Of a stretch of 64,000 nt of DNA, positions 23,530-35,026 are shown in pieces. Position 1 is the first letter of the stretch. Every line of letters begins with the position of its first letter. Source of the stretch: Anthoceros angustus (taxonomy: Eukaryota > Plantae > Anthocerotophyta); assembly GCA_010909165.1 (NCBI GenBank), contig MU008165.1, positions 1,488,001 through 1,552,000 of the forward strand, in the 5' to 3' direction. A program made the position numbers and the translations under genes. The notes under the pieces were generated by a model, which saw only the letters and a list, made by a program, of their open reading frames with translations, was not told the DNA's origin and did no database searches.

Positions 23530-26500
23530 GCGTTAGGGTCCGTCACCAGAACCTGGATCAGTCTCTCTGGAGTAGTCTTGCCCGCTCAGTGACTCGGGAC
23601 TCGCGTTAGCAAGGGACACACAAGGGCCTGTAAAGATAATGCAGTATCAACCCCAAAAGAAACATCCCTTTACTGGAGTGGCAGCCGCCCTCTTATACTA
23701 AATCTGAGGAGGCGCCTTTATTACACCTATTACTGATGTCCAGCTCATGCCCTAATCGTGACCCTATTTTCCTACCTATATGCAGACGAAATTTGTGGTT
23801 GACCGATTCCTTCGGCTGGCCCAATCCCCAGCTCTGGCATCTGCGGCGCACCCAATCGGATGATCCGCGACCCCCGGAACCCCGTGGAGGCTCTTCCTCT
23901 GCCTCGGACTCTGTCAGGTTGCGCCACCGGAGGCGGACTAACAACCGCAGTGACCACCAAGTCTTCCTCCTCGCTGTCCATGGGTCCACGCCTGTGGTCC
24001 GTCCGGAGCCCATTTTTCTTGGGTGGGTTGAGACTGACTCTCATCCACCCCTTCCCCAACTCCCCGCCTGAGGCCACGAGACTCTTCCTCCTAAGTCCGG
24101 GATTCTGGGTCCGTCTCACTCCCGAGTCCGGACCTAGGTTTTTCTTCCTCCCGAGTCCTGATCTCGTGGTCCGTCCTCTCGATTCCTTTATCGCCCAAGT
24201 CCGGCATTTCTAAGGGTCCATCTTCTCCACTGACCTCCTTCCCCATTGTACCTGATCCCATGCCTCCTGGACTTCTCCTCCCATGGTCTACTCGGACCTC
24301 TCCTTCTCCCGACGCTGCCAAGGCGACCACCGCTTGCTATGTTTCCGCTCCGCAGATCCCTCTCATCCGGCTGTTCTCTTCTCCACCGGGCCGCCTTTGT
24401 CCCGAATGTAGCTCCTGTATCCCCGTGGCTGTGCATCTCCAAGAGCCTCGTCCTCCACACTTTCTCGACTCCTCCGGGCGGGACCGACCACCGCGTGGTG
24501 CGCCGCCTCCACCGCCTTCTGTGAGCTCCAGACGATAGGCGCTAAGCCTGAGTCAACCCACCGGATGGCCTCCTCCACACAAAGCGCCAAGCACTGACAT
24601 TCCTCGCCTCCGTGAGGTTTTTCGCAACTGGGCGTGCTCCGGCTCAAGCAGGCCCCCATCGCGAGGTCATCCAGCCGAGACCTGGCCGAGTCCCTTGAGG
24701 CCACTAAGGTCGCTCCAGCCACTCTCGGAGCTGCTGCCGCCCACGCCCTCCTCTGCGCAGCCGACCAATTTGCGTTTACCATGGACTGAGTTCCTTTGCT
24801 TTCCGCAAGCGATCAAGAATTTCATTATTTCTTCAAGGCCTTCCCGCCTCGCCATCTTCCTCCTCGAGGGGTCCGCATGTGTCTGCTCCAACCACCTGTA
24901 ACTCAACATGCCGTGTGTCGCCCAGCCTTCTCTAGTTCGCGATCGCCTGCTCCCATCGCTACTGAACACTCTCCTCCGCCCTCCAAAGCAGAGCTAAGTA
25001 GCTCTATTTCGCTTGTGGTCCCTCGACCTCCCTCGAGAAGTCCGCTCCTCTTCCACTACTCCTGAGTCGCAGCCCGTAGTCTCCTTCGACCCTCCAACTC
25101 CTAGCGTTCTTCCATGTCCTGCACTGACCTGAGGTCTCCGGCCCCTAATATTAGCCTCCATCTCCTCCTCACGGATCACTGCTTGCTCACTCCCTTCATC
25201 TACTGTGTTTGCTGTGGCCGACCATGCTTTCCACCGATTCCTATCCCGACTAGTAGGGTCCCTATCTCTGCCTGCAGAGGCCTCCGCCTCGAGCTCTTCA
25301 CCGAGCTTCCTAGCTCGCCTCCCACAAGCCCAAGTGTTGGGCCTTCTCCGCGTCAAGGCCTCCTCTGCCTTCCTGCCACCTCCTCCTTCAAGACAGTCTT
25401 CCGCCCACTTCTCTGTGCTTCAATTGCTCACACGGTTGGAGCACTGCCCTCGTCTGTTGACTCGCCTCCACTCCTACCGGCCATGCCTCCTCGACCCTAG
25501 CGAGGGACTGCTTTCTCTTGGCCTGCCGCCTCTTGGAGCTCCACCATCCGCCCTGGGTGGCCTCCACTTCACAGGTCTTCTCCGTCCTCATGTCCTGGCT
25601 AATACAGTCACGATCTGCCACAACTCCGCTTGGTCTCTTCCACGTACTGCCGCAAGACCCCAAGAAGTCTGTCAAGGGCATAGGCATCTCCCGGTCCGTT
25701 GAGGACCGCCACACCGCCGTCCGGAGTGAGTTCGAATTAGGAGCTCCGGACCCAATCAGGACACTTAGGTCTTGACCATTCTGAGCCGACGCTTCCACCT
25801 CCTTGGCTCTCTTCGCCGCTAACTCCTTCTTTGCTCGCCGACGCTTGGGGTGTGGTCGAGGGGTCCAGCACTGGCCTTTTCCTCCTCGCCCAGCGATAGG
25901 GTGGCTCGGGTGGGGTTCTTTGCTGTCCCCGGCGCCTTGGTGCAGATCGCTCGCCCTCCCTCGCACTTCGCGCTCCGCCACTCTCAGGGTAGGGGCAGGA
26001 GCTATCCTTGGGCGGTGGTGGTGCCGTCTTCTCTTCCTTCTTCTGCAGTCGTGAGCTCGGTGGCTTGAACCGAGGCGGAGGTTGCAGGCCTGGAGCGGCG
26101 CTACTATCTCCCTCCCGCAGTAGCCTCCCGGTGTGGTTGTTCCGGTGGAGGGACCAAGAGGAGGGAAGCGGGAATCTCTTCCCATACTTCTCGTGGCAGC
26201 GAGGGGGTCCGTTCGAAGCGTATGGAGTCCGAAATTCCCTCCCAATCCTCGTCCTCCTGAGCACGCCTGGACTTGGGTGGGCGACCCTCCTCTGCCTGTG
26301 TCCTTTCCTCCCGCTCCGTTTCTAGCAGGGTCACTAGCCCCTTCCGGAGCGCTCGCTCCTCTTCTCCTTCCTTCAGGAGATTAAGGTGTCCCCACACAAA
26401 AACAATAAATGGGGACAACGCTGATGGGGGTGGCCGCTCGTTTCTCAACTTCCGGGACTCCTGGGTAACACGGGCGAAGATGATCCGCCCCCAGTCCGCT

Positions 26501-27280
26501 CTCTTGCCTCTCTGAAGGGCGTGAAGGAAAACAAGCAGAGTGTCGCCAAGGTGGTCCACCTTGGTGAGCATGTTCCAGTGGACGATAATCTTTGCCACTG
26601 CCCTCACCCGTCGGTCCAGTAGGTCCGACATCAACCACCTATTAGAGGACCGCTGCGTCCCTGGCCTCAGGAGTGCCACCTTCGCTGCTTCCACCTTCAC
26701 CTTCACCTTAAGGGGCTCCGGAACTACCCCTCCTATCTCCTCCGCTGGGCGATCGTAGACCGCCCTAAGGACCTCCACGGTCCATCTCCTCGGGTCCTCC
26801 CATAGGCTCTTAGAGCGAATGGTCTTATTGGCCGCCGACACCATCTTCCGGGTGTATTCCCGGACCAGCGCCATGCTGTCGAAGGTCCACACTGCCTGGA
26901 AGATGTCCAAGTGCCATTCCTGTACTAGCTCCTCCGCCTCCGCCAGCCAAGGGCCGAAATCCGGGTAGCGCCTTGTGACAATATTCTTCTCCACCAAGCG
27001 CCAGGGCTCCCAGACCTCCGCCGCCTTTTTCGGTCCCATCCTTGCGCTCTGGTTGGTCCGCTGCTGAGAGGCAGTGGGCAAGGATGCTTCCGCTAAGCTC
27101 CTGTGATGCGCGCGTGGTCGGGCGATGGCGCTCGGTATGCAAGGCCGGACCCCATACCGCCGCCGAGTGAGTTGGATTAGGGACTTGGACCAATCTCAGA
27201 CCTCAAGTCCCTGGCCCGTGCTTTCAACCTCCTTGGCCCTTTTCGCCGCCAACTCCTTCTCCGCACATCTCCGCTTGGGA
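23530..27280 (-). mobile_element. GC-rich fragment of a probable Ty3/gypsy (Tat-like) element accessory region
   Basis: Abuts and truncates the copia integrase. Contains a 311-aa accessory ORF plus broken E/R-rich coiled-coil frames. No RT or integrase seen. Confidence 0.5.
26104..27039 (-). CDS. Retrotransposon accessory ORF (putative plant transposon protein-like)
   Basis: MGPKK...PRRWTVEVLRAVY...GKRADWGRIIF...SALSPFIVFVW resembles the extra ORFs of bryophyte gypsy elements (recalled, not searched). Confidence 0.5.
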   Translation of the reverse strand: MGPKKAAEVWEPWRLVEKNIVTRRYPDFGPWLAEAEELVQEWHLDIFQAVWTFDSMALVREYTRKMVSAANKTIRSKSLWEDPRRWTVEVLRAVYDRPAEEIGGVVPEPLKVKVKVEAAKVALLRPGTQRSSNRWLMSDLLDRRVRAVAKIIVHWNMLTKVDHLGDTLLVFLHALQRGKRADWGRIIFARVTQESRKLRNERPPPSALSPFIVFVWGHLNLLKEGEEERALRKGLVTLLETEREERTQAEEGRPPKSRRAQEDEDWEGISDSIRFERTPSLPREVWEEIPASLLLVPPPEQPHREATAGGR

Positions 27281-27964
27281 GGACTAGTCAACTGCTGTGG
27301 CGCAATTGACGTAACACACATCAAAATGGAGCTAATGTCCCAGAAAATGGCAATTGATTACTTCGATCATAATCATGATTACAGTGTCTACATCCAAGGG
27401 GTAGTTGATATGAAGATGCGTTTTATAGATATGTTTGCTGGGTTCTGTGCCCTGTAATGATGTGATCTCGAGTAATTCAGCCTCTATCGGTAAAGCTATG
27501 GAAAGAGATATCCCCTCAATGGTGAAAGCACATTGATGTGAGCAACTTTAGTTTCAGGGAGTACATTAGGGAGACGTTGCATACCTCTCAATCACGTGGG
27601 TTCCTTACATAATCAAGAAATATTTATGTGAAGAAAGCATTCACTTCAATTTTAAGCATTCTTCTACCCGCATGGTGGTAGAACTATTGAGTAGCTTAAA
27701 GGCACGTGGAGAATGTTAGGGAGAACCATCTGGAAGACTGACATTGACACATTGTGGGCACTCTTGATGTGCTGCTGCTACCTACATAACGTGGTGATTG
27801 ACCGTGGAGAGATGGCTAGGACAGAAAATGATGACCAGCAGACACATGATGCTGGCTACCGGACTATCCCTTGTCACAATATAGATGCAGATGGTGACCA
27901 ACTCCGTAACAACATAGCTACTTTCTTGTGGTTCAGCCGTGAAATGCAAGACACAAGTGGCTGA
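27278..27964 (+). pseudogene. PIF/Harbinger DDE transposase (DDE_Tnp_4), 5'-truncated
   Basis: GLVNCCGAIDVTHI, YSVYIQGVVDMKMRFIDMFAG, NFKHSSTRMVVE and CCYLHN. Stops and frameshifts present. Confidence 0.92.
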
Positions 27965-27966
27965 TT

Positions 27967-28960
27967 CTAAGACATTTTATCTCCTCTCCTGTTCAAGGCA
28001 TTACCTATCTTCATGAATGCATGCACAAAACCTTCACCTATCTGGTTTTGTGACTGCGCAAGAGCATGCATGGTTGTGCTCCATAATGTCCTGGAGCACT
28101 CTCTCTTGGAAATCCATGTGAGCTTTGTGTCGCTTGTCTTTGTTGGCTTCTGTGTCTCTTCATTGTTCCACAAAATTGCTGGTCATAGCTACGAACAAAT
28201 CTTCACCTCGTTTAGAAGTGAGCACTTTCATTTTTTTCCGGCTGCCCTTTAAAGTATCAACTGCATCTTCAAACTCCATGCCTTTGTTCAAAGACTCGGC
28301 TGGTGATGGAGACTCGCCACGCCCTGGAGGGGCAAGACGGTGAGGCCTCTGAAGAATTAGGTGTCTCGCAAAAATCGCATCACATTAGAAGTTAGCAAGT
28401 CATGAGCTTTATACAATTTTCATCAATGTAGTTAGGAGGAGCAAGCAAAGGTAGTACCGTGGCATGGTGTCAGTCACCCGCGCGCAAAGTCCGGGGCGCG
28501 GAGAATCGGTAAACCACAATTCAATTGTAATCAAGTTGTGCTCAAAGTTAGGGGCAATTTGTGAGCCTTCTTCTCTTCCATACATCTCGCCAAGATGTAT
28601 CACATCCACTTAATGGATGCCTAATGGTCATTGATTTAGGTGACCTGCAGAGGGTCACCCAAGGGAGGTTGTATGTGGAAGGCCTCCTATAAGAGGAGGA
28701 GGTTTTCACAAAGTAAAGTATCATGTCTTGCGCCCACGCCACCGAGTCCTTTGCCATTACAGAGGAATTTCGTGTGAGCCAACACATTCGGTAGAGAGGA
28801 AGTGTGGTCGGAGTGTTTGGTGGAGGACTTGCTCACCGCAAGTGNCCTTAAGATATACTAGGTTGGCATATTGGGTTGTGCCATAAGAAAACCTTATCCA
28901 CCTCGGGGCTAGCGAACAACTTGTAAATAACCTTGGGTTGTACAAAGATCCTTTGAGTTT
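27967..28960 (-). pseudogene. Probable Harbinger Myb/SANT-like second ORF remnant
   Basis: Tail-to-tail with the transposase, as is typical of Harbinger. C-terminus ALAQSQNQIGEGFVHAFMKIGNAL. The frame is fragmented. Confidence 0.45.
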
Positions 28961-30180
28961 CAAAGTTAGTGATCACATTTTGTGGTACGGTCGGAGCTTG
29001 CGGAGAAGCCATGCCATAATGACTATTTTACCAAAGGCTACATGCCTGCTAGATGTGGTGCATTCAAATGTATAGTGGAAGCGTGGTAGGTAGTGAGGTT
29101 GCTAGAAGTGGTTTGTGTGACCTTGGAGGGTCACAAGAGAGGCGCTTGTATGAAGCTAAGGCCAAGGAAGCGAAAGGACCTTAGAGTTTGTGTTGAGAGG
29201 AGCCGACCAACGGTCGTAGGTTGCTGGTAAATGGCGAAGGTGGGCTAAGGATTGAGGCAAAGAAGAAGGGAGTACCTCTCTCTCATCTTCGCTTGTGCAA
29301 CCAGGACCCCACCAGAGGATCCGCTAGAAATCAACATGCCTATGTTTGAGTGTTTTTCGGGCCAAGTGTATTCACAGGACCTGGTTGATTTTCGACCATC
29401 GGCGAGCGAGGAGAATATACAGCTCCAATAGGTGTATGGCCACCATAAGGAAAATACTCTCCTTCACTTCTTACGGGCTCCAGAGGCAAGCAAGCCCATG
29501 CACAGATGACGGGATCTTGAGTAGTTCATGCTGGTGTGCAGGTGCAGGGAATGCTAGCTGCGAGGCCTGACCTCCAACAAAAAGCTCTAAGCATAGTTGA
29601 TGCTACAGAAACAACAATCCAGGCTTGATGCATGCACAACAGGCAAATCTTAAGTACAGCACATGTAAGACAAATCACTGCATATATGTAGGACGTAGAG
29701 CAGGTCTGAGGTGACAGCTTGGTCTCACTAGAAGAAGCAAGGCCATACACAAACGTCCTTCAACTTGTTGATGGCTTCTTCACCAGCGCATTTATACTCA
29801 TCCCAGCCTAGCCATTCTGGCCTCTGGGCTAAGCGAGCACGTGCCTCCGTCAATCATTCTCACATATCGCTAAGGTTATCATAGAAATCTCAAACACTAG
29901 CGATTCTGGCCATCTAGTTTAACCTAAGCAAGCGAAAGCATCCTGACATGAATGCTTGACCGCCTTGTCCCTTGCCAATCTTAAAGGACACTTGTAGGGA
30001 AAAAACTAGGGTTAGGGTTTGGAGATCGAACTTAGCCTAAAGCTTCATTTTCCTTCCGCAAGTTTATTTCTGTTTTCTACGATGCCTTGCTTTTTTTAGC
30101 CCAATTGAAAAAACGCGCTCACATTCCCACACAAAATCGTACAATTAAGCGTCTTAGTTTAGGTTTAGTGGCTGACAAAG

Positions 30181-30232
30181 ACGGGAAATGTCTTCCCGAC
30201 TCAAACATATTCCCGCCCAGCACCAACGGTCC
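30181..30232 (+). promoter_or_regulatory. E2F-like sites and an MSA element upstream of the RSS1/PATRONUS-like gene
   Basis: CGGGAAA at 30182, ATTCCCGC at 30209-30216 and CCAACGGTC at 30223-30231; TTAGGGTTT telo-box near 30012. Confidence 0.5.
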
Positions 30233-30431
30233 TCAATTCTCCAATTCCGACACGAGCTGTGCGATCCCACACTGACTCTCCCTGTGCATCGCCATCAGCG
30301 GTAACTCGGTTCCGGCATCGGCAGCTGCCATTCTGCTGCTCTGCTGCCCTTAATTGCGGCATTGATCGGTTTACACTTGACGAAGCTCATTTTCTATCTT
30401 CCATTCTGGTGTCCCAGTGGAGAGTTCAGTG

Positions 30432-31635
30432 ATGGCGGCAGTGAGGAACAGGCCGGCAGCACAGTCACTGCCTCGGGATGAGAATGCAGATGCCCTTGGG
30501 AAGCTTGGCGGCAAAGCGGGAGTGAGAGGGAAAGGCTTACAGCAGCAACAGCAGCAGCCTAACTCGGTGGACAAGCCGCGGCGGATGCTGGCAGACATCA
30601 CCAACGTGAAAAACGTGCAGCCCTACTCTGTTTCCAAAGGCGACAACACCAAGCCTGCCGCTGTCAAGGCAGCGCTCGGTGGAAGCGAGAATGCGGTTGC
30701 CAGAGATGGAGGCAAGGGTCTGCCTCGTGCCCCTCTCCGGAACATCACCAACAGCGGGAGCCAGTTGAGAGGCCCTTCGGACGCCGGGGCTAAGCTCGGG
30801 AAGCAGAAGCTCTCTCAGCTTCCGGCTCAAGCAGGAGCTGGAAACGCGGTTTCCAGGGCTCACATTGCCGGGGAGGACGTGAGCGCAAAGGTGCAGCGCT
30901 GGGCCGAGGAGGGAATTGAGAAAGTTCACTTCACGGCGGCGGACATGGAGGCGTTACGGCGGAAGGTTGAGGACGAAGGTGAGTTGGGAAGCAGATCTGT
31001 GTGCCTCCTCTCCTCTGTTTTGTGTGTGCTTCAACAGTGTCTGACGCCAGCTTTCTTGACTCGCAGAGATAGAGAAGCGTGTTGCGAAGGTTCTTGCGTA
31101 CAGAACAGATCTCCCGCTGCTGTGGCACCTTCCTGCGGATGCGGAACCAGTACGTTTGGCTGCCATTCCGCTCATCTTGGTTAACCATGGCCGTTGTCAT
31201 GACTTTCTGGTTTACTGACGGGTGCTTGATAATGCGTTGGTATACACCAGAGATTCACAAACTCGGCGGAAACACTTAAGCCCGACCCTATCGACGACCG
31301 GTTGCTCTTCGGTCCTGAAGGTCTGCGATTCACCATCTCCCCAGTTTTCTAGGTTTGAGGCACGTTTAGTAGAAGAGTTGAACCAGTCTTTCTCTTTCCT
31401 TGTCCGACGAACTGTTGTGTTTGAATACTTCAGCTGTTTGTGGCATCTTCAGGAAGGCTACTCACTTCCGGAGGGCAGGGGTTGAATGATTGAGCTAATA
31501 CGTGTATTTCGTTCAGATGACGAACCCATGGAACTTGAAGCACCAGATTGTGAAGAGGCGCTTACGAGTAATGAGCTCCTGGCAAGCAACTTCCTCAACT
31601 GGAATTCTATCAACCTGTCTGTAAAGGAATTTTAA
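30432..31635 (+). CDS. RSS1/PATRONUS-like APC/C substrate (securin candidate)
   Basis: DEN box (PRDENA), two D-boxes (RRMLADITN, RAPLRNITN) and a WAGE-like motif (RWAEEGIE). Introns 30979-31066 and 31150-31250. The 3' exons are less certain. Confidence 0.7.
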
Positions 31636-32064
31636 GGAGTAACAGCGGTCGAGCATTCTGCGACCTGTACATATTGATGTCATCGCTGTGTGGAACTTGT
31701 TTAGAGCTTGCAGTTCAAGCAATCAGTGTAAGCACGGGGTATCGATGTCTGCTCTCTGAAAGAAACCCAACCCTTGGATAGGAAACGTCTCAGCTCATCC
31801 TTGTTAGTCTCGACAACCCACATAGATGGAGCATGCCGAATCAGTAGGGCTCTGTATCTCATCCTGCAACTTGGACGTGTTAATGTCATCTTACTATGTG
31901 AAACTTTTTATGGATTGAATCCATTGTATACATACAGAATTATGCATGTGTGGGTGTATGTTGATTCGCCAACTCGAAAGAAAGAAACGTCTCGGCGTTT
32001 CAGCTGGTGCAATGTGATCCATACGATCCCCAACGGAGGCCAAAGCAGTTGTGCGGGTGTGGCT

Positions 32065-33919
32065 ATGGAAGCTGCGTGCGTGAACGTCGAAGTGTTGGGT
32101 TCGCCTGTCTTGGTGTTCTCGTTGTGCCCCAAGAGCACTACAGGCCGGTGGTGTGCGGCTAGAAAATCGTGTCTTGTGCTCCGGCAGCTGAGATTGCAGG
32201 CCAATGGGACCAGGAGGCCATTTGTGCCGCATTTTCGAGCTTCAGCAGGAGACGGTGTGGCAGCGGTAGCGGGCGAAGTGGGAGGGAGCTTCAAAGCCCT
32301 GGATGACGCTGTGGCTGCGGTACATTGCCTTGCCAGACCCTGAATTGTGTCCGGCATTATCTCAGGTCTATGTCCAGATTGGTGTAGGCCCTGATGAAAG
32401 GATAGCAATGCAGAAAGATGCAGAGGCTGTCAAGAGCGCGCTGGATCAACTGAGCCAGGAAGGCTTGGCCAAGCAGTGGGGATCCATGCCTAATATTTCA
32501 CGACGCACGGTTAATTTTTACTCACATGGCTTACTCTGACACACATTTATACGTTCCTGGGCTAGGCCACGCAGCTCAAATCTGTGATTGTCGTGTGAAA
32601 TGCAGACATTCATCCGGGAGCTGAGCAGCATCGGGATCAAGAATCCCGAAACCCTGGCTGTCCCCAGTGTGCGGAATGATGTAAGTTGCATCCTGTTGCT
32701 TTGCTCAAAGCTTGGAGATCCATGTGTTCCGAGCCATGTTCCTGTGCATTTTTGTCCAGGCAGCATTCTTGGCCACGGTGGTGGGAGTGACAAGCGTCGT
32801 TGCCGTCCTCGCTGGTCAGCTACCTGGGGTAAGGTGTCTTGCCATTACCTTGTCTCTTTCGATTGGAGACGCATCCTGCTTGCCCCCCCTCACTGTAGAC
32901 TGTTGCAGGACTGGGGCTTCTTCGTGCCGTACTTGGTAGGAGGCTTCTCCTTGGTGGTTCTGGCTGTAGGAAGCACTGCACCAGGGTGAGTCGTTTCAAT
33001 CTGTTATGCAGTATACTTTGAGCTCCTCGCCCTGCATCCCATCTTCTAACACCTGCTTGTCAACAGACTGTTGCAAGCTGCGACTGATGCATTCTCTTCC
33101 GTGTTCTCCGATTATCAGGAGCGGGTTCTAAGGCATGAAGCAGCTCACTTCCTGGGTACTGTCTGAGTGTCTCCTTGCCCGGTTCAGCCCAGCTGCTTAA
33201 GCGATCAACAGAGCCGGAATTGACACCCTCTTTTTGTCACTTCTTGTGCCTGCAGTTGCATATCTGGTGGGATTGCCCATTCTGGGATATTCGCTGGACC
33301 TTGGAAAGGAGCACGTCAATCTTGTGGATGAAAAGCTGCAAAAGCGCATCTACACAAGTGGGGTGGAAAGCAGTGAGCTTGATAGGTAAAGTGTACCTGT
33401 GTTCGACACAATCACACACCACATCTTATGCTCCGTGGCTGATATGCTACTTTTGTGGTTGGCAGGTTAGCAGTAGTGTCCATGGCTGGATTAGCTGCTG
33501 AAGGGCTCAAGTATGATAAAGTAGTGGGTCAATCTGCGGATCTCTTTTCGCTACAGGTGAGAGGTTCAGTTGTTTCCGCAGAACCTGGATAGATAGATTC
33601 AGGGCGATGCTGATTCCCGTGTTCATCTGCAGAGGCTCATAAACAGGAGTAAGCCAAAGCTCAGCAACGATCAGCAGCAAAACCTAACGCGATGGGCTGT
33701 AAGCAGCCTAATGCCCTACCTCTGCCATGGAAATTTGGCCATCCATGAAACGTGGGGCCAGCTGCCAGCTGATTCCCTGACTGTGAAAGCGTAATTGCTG
33801 TGCAGGTCCTGTACGCGGCAACCCTTCTCAAGACAAACACGAAGGCCTACGAAGCATTGATGGAGGCAATGGCGCAAAAAGCTAGTGTCACCGCATGCAT
33901 TGAAGCCATCGAGAAATAG
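32065..33919 (+). CDS. VIR3: Chloroplast FtsH-M41-like Zn metalloprotease-domain protein (VIRESCENT3-like), 10 exons
   Basis: Transit peptide, LAGQLPG|DWGFFVPYL, HEAAHFL (HExxH), GLPILGYSLD, MAGLAAEGLKYDKVVGQSADLFSLQ and QQQNLTRWA. Confidence 0.9.
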
Positions 33920-34215
33920 GATAGAGAACAATCGTGCTTTCGAAGATTCATGTTTCTTGTGATGCAGGTAATTCTGTGTCCACAAAAAATTAATTACAAA
34001 CACATATGTACATACAGTCCACACCCCCCCTAATTGGGACCGATTCCGAGTGCCTTCGGAGGTCCCATTAAGGGAGGTGTCCTGATAACCTGTTTCCTAT
34101 TTAAAAAATAATACAAATATTATACATTTTAAAAGATAAAACAATTTAAAAAACATTAAATTGATAGATTTTACTATAAATAACCTTTAACACTTCTCTA
34201 TATACTTGTTTGCAG

Positions 34216-34950
34216 GCATCTCTGCTCGAGAAGCAGCTCGGCCAGGCTTTTCAGTCTGTCCTCCAGGACCCCTCCATCTCCAGGTCCACTAGAGCGCGGC
34301 TCCGCTCTTGTTTTGGGAAGGGAGCATGTGGCAGCTCTTGGCCATGCATCACAGAGTTTCACATCGCACCAACCACCTTCACTCTGCGATGCACGCTTAG
34401 TCTCGGCCTACTCCGGCTTCTTCGCTCCTCACTTGTGAGTGCGGCTCGCCTTGACGTCTCTTGTCCACACCTTGCTCGTTGTCCCCACGGGTCATTGCAT
34501 TGCTCCACGGCGCCATCCGTGTGATGTTTGCCTGCTCGCGAGTGGCTATATGGCCCGGAGGAGCGGGAGTATACTCTTCTTGGTCAGTCATTCAATCGGG
34601 CGGACCTATACCTTGTCCGTGGCGACCGGTTGTGGTGGCGGATGTAGTGGTTCTTGACCACCTGCGCCACCTGGTATACGCCACCGCCAGTCAACAAAGT
34701 CGATTTCTTTGCCGTGCTTGGCTCTCAAGGTCGCAAGTATATGGCAAGATGCAGCGGGCCACCTCTTTATCCGCTTGCTCTAGAAAGCGTATGGGGCAAT
34801 GGTGCAGGGACTTTGACAAATTTGTCAAGTCTTGTGAAAGCTTACCATGCGTGAGGCATAGTCTTGGTAGTCCCTCTGCGTACTTCACACGCCACTTACA
34901 GGCTGGTTTCTATTGCTGCTCTTCAGCAGGCGCTCTCAGCGATTCTCCAT
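34216..34950 (+). mobile_element. Second CRE-like non-LTR fragment (CCHC knuckle plus RLE start)
   Basis: RARLRSCFGKGA, HLARCPHG..HGAIR and VVADVVVLD; frameshifted. Confidence 0.65.
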
Positions 34951-35026
34951 AAGGCGGCGGCGGTGGGTGATGCCTTTTCCTCTTCCTCCGTGGTTTGCAG
35001 GCCGTTTATTCTACCTGCATATGAAA

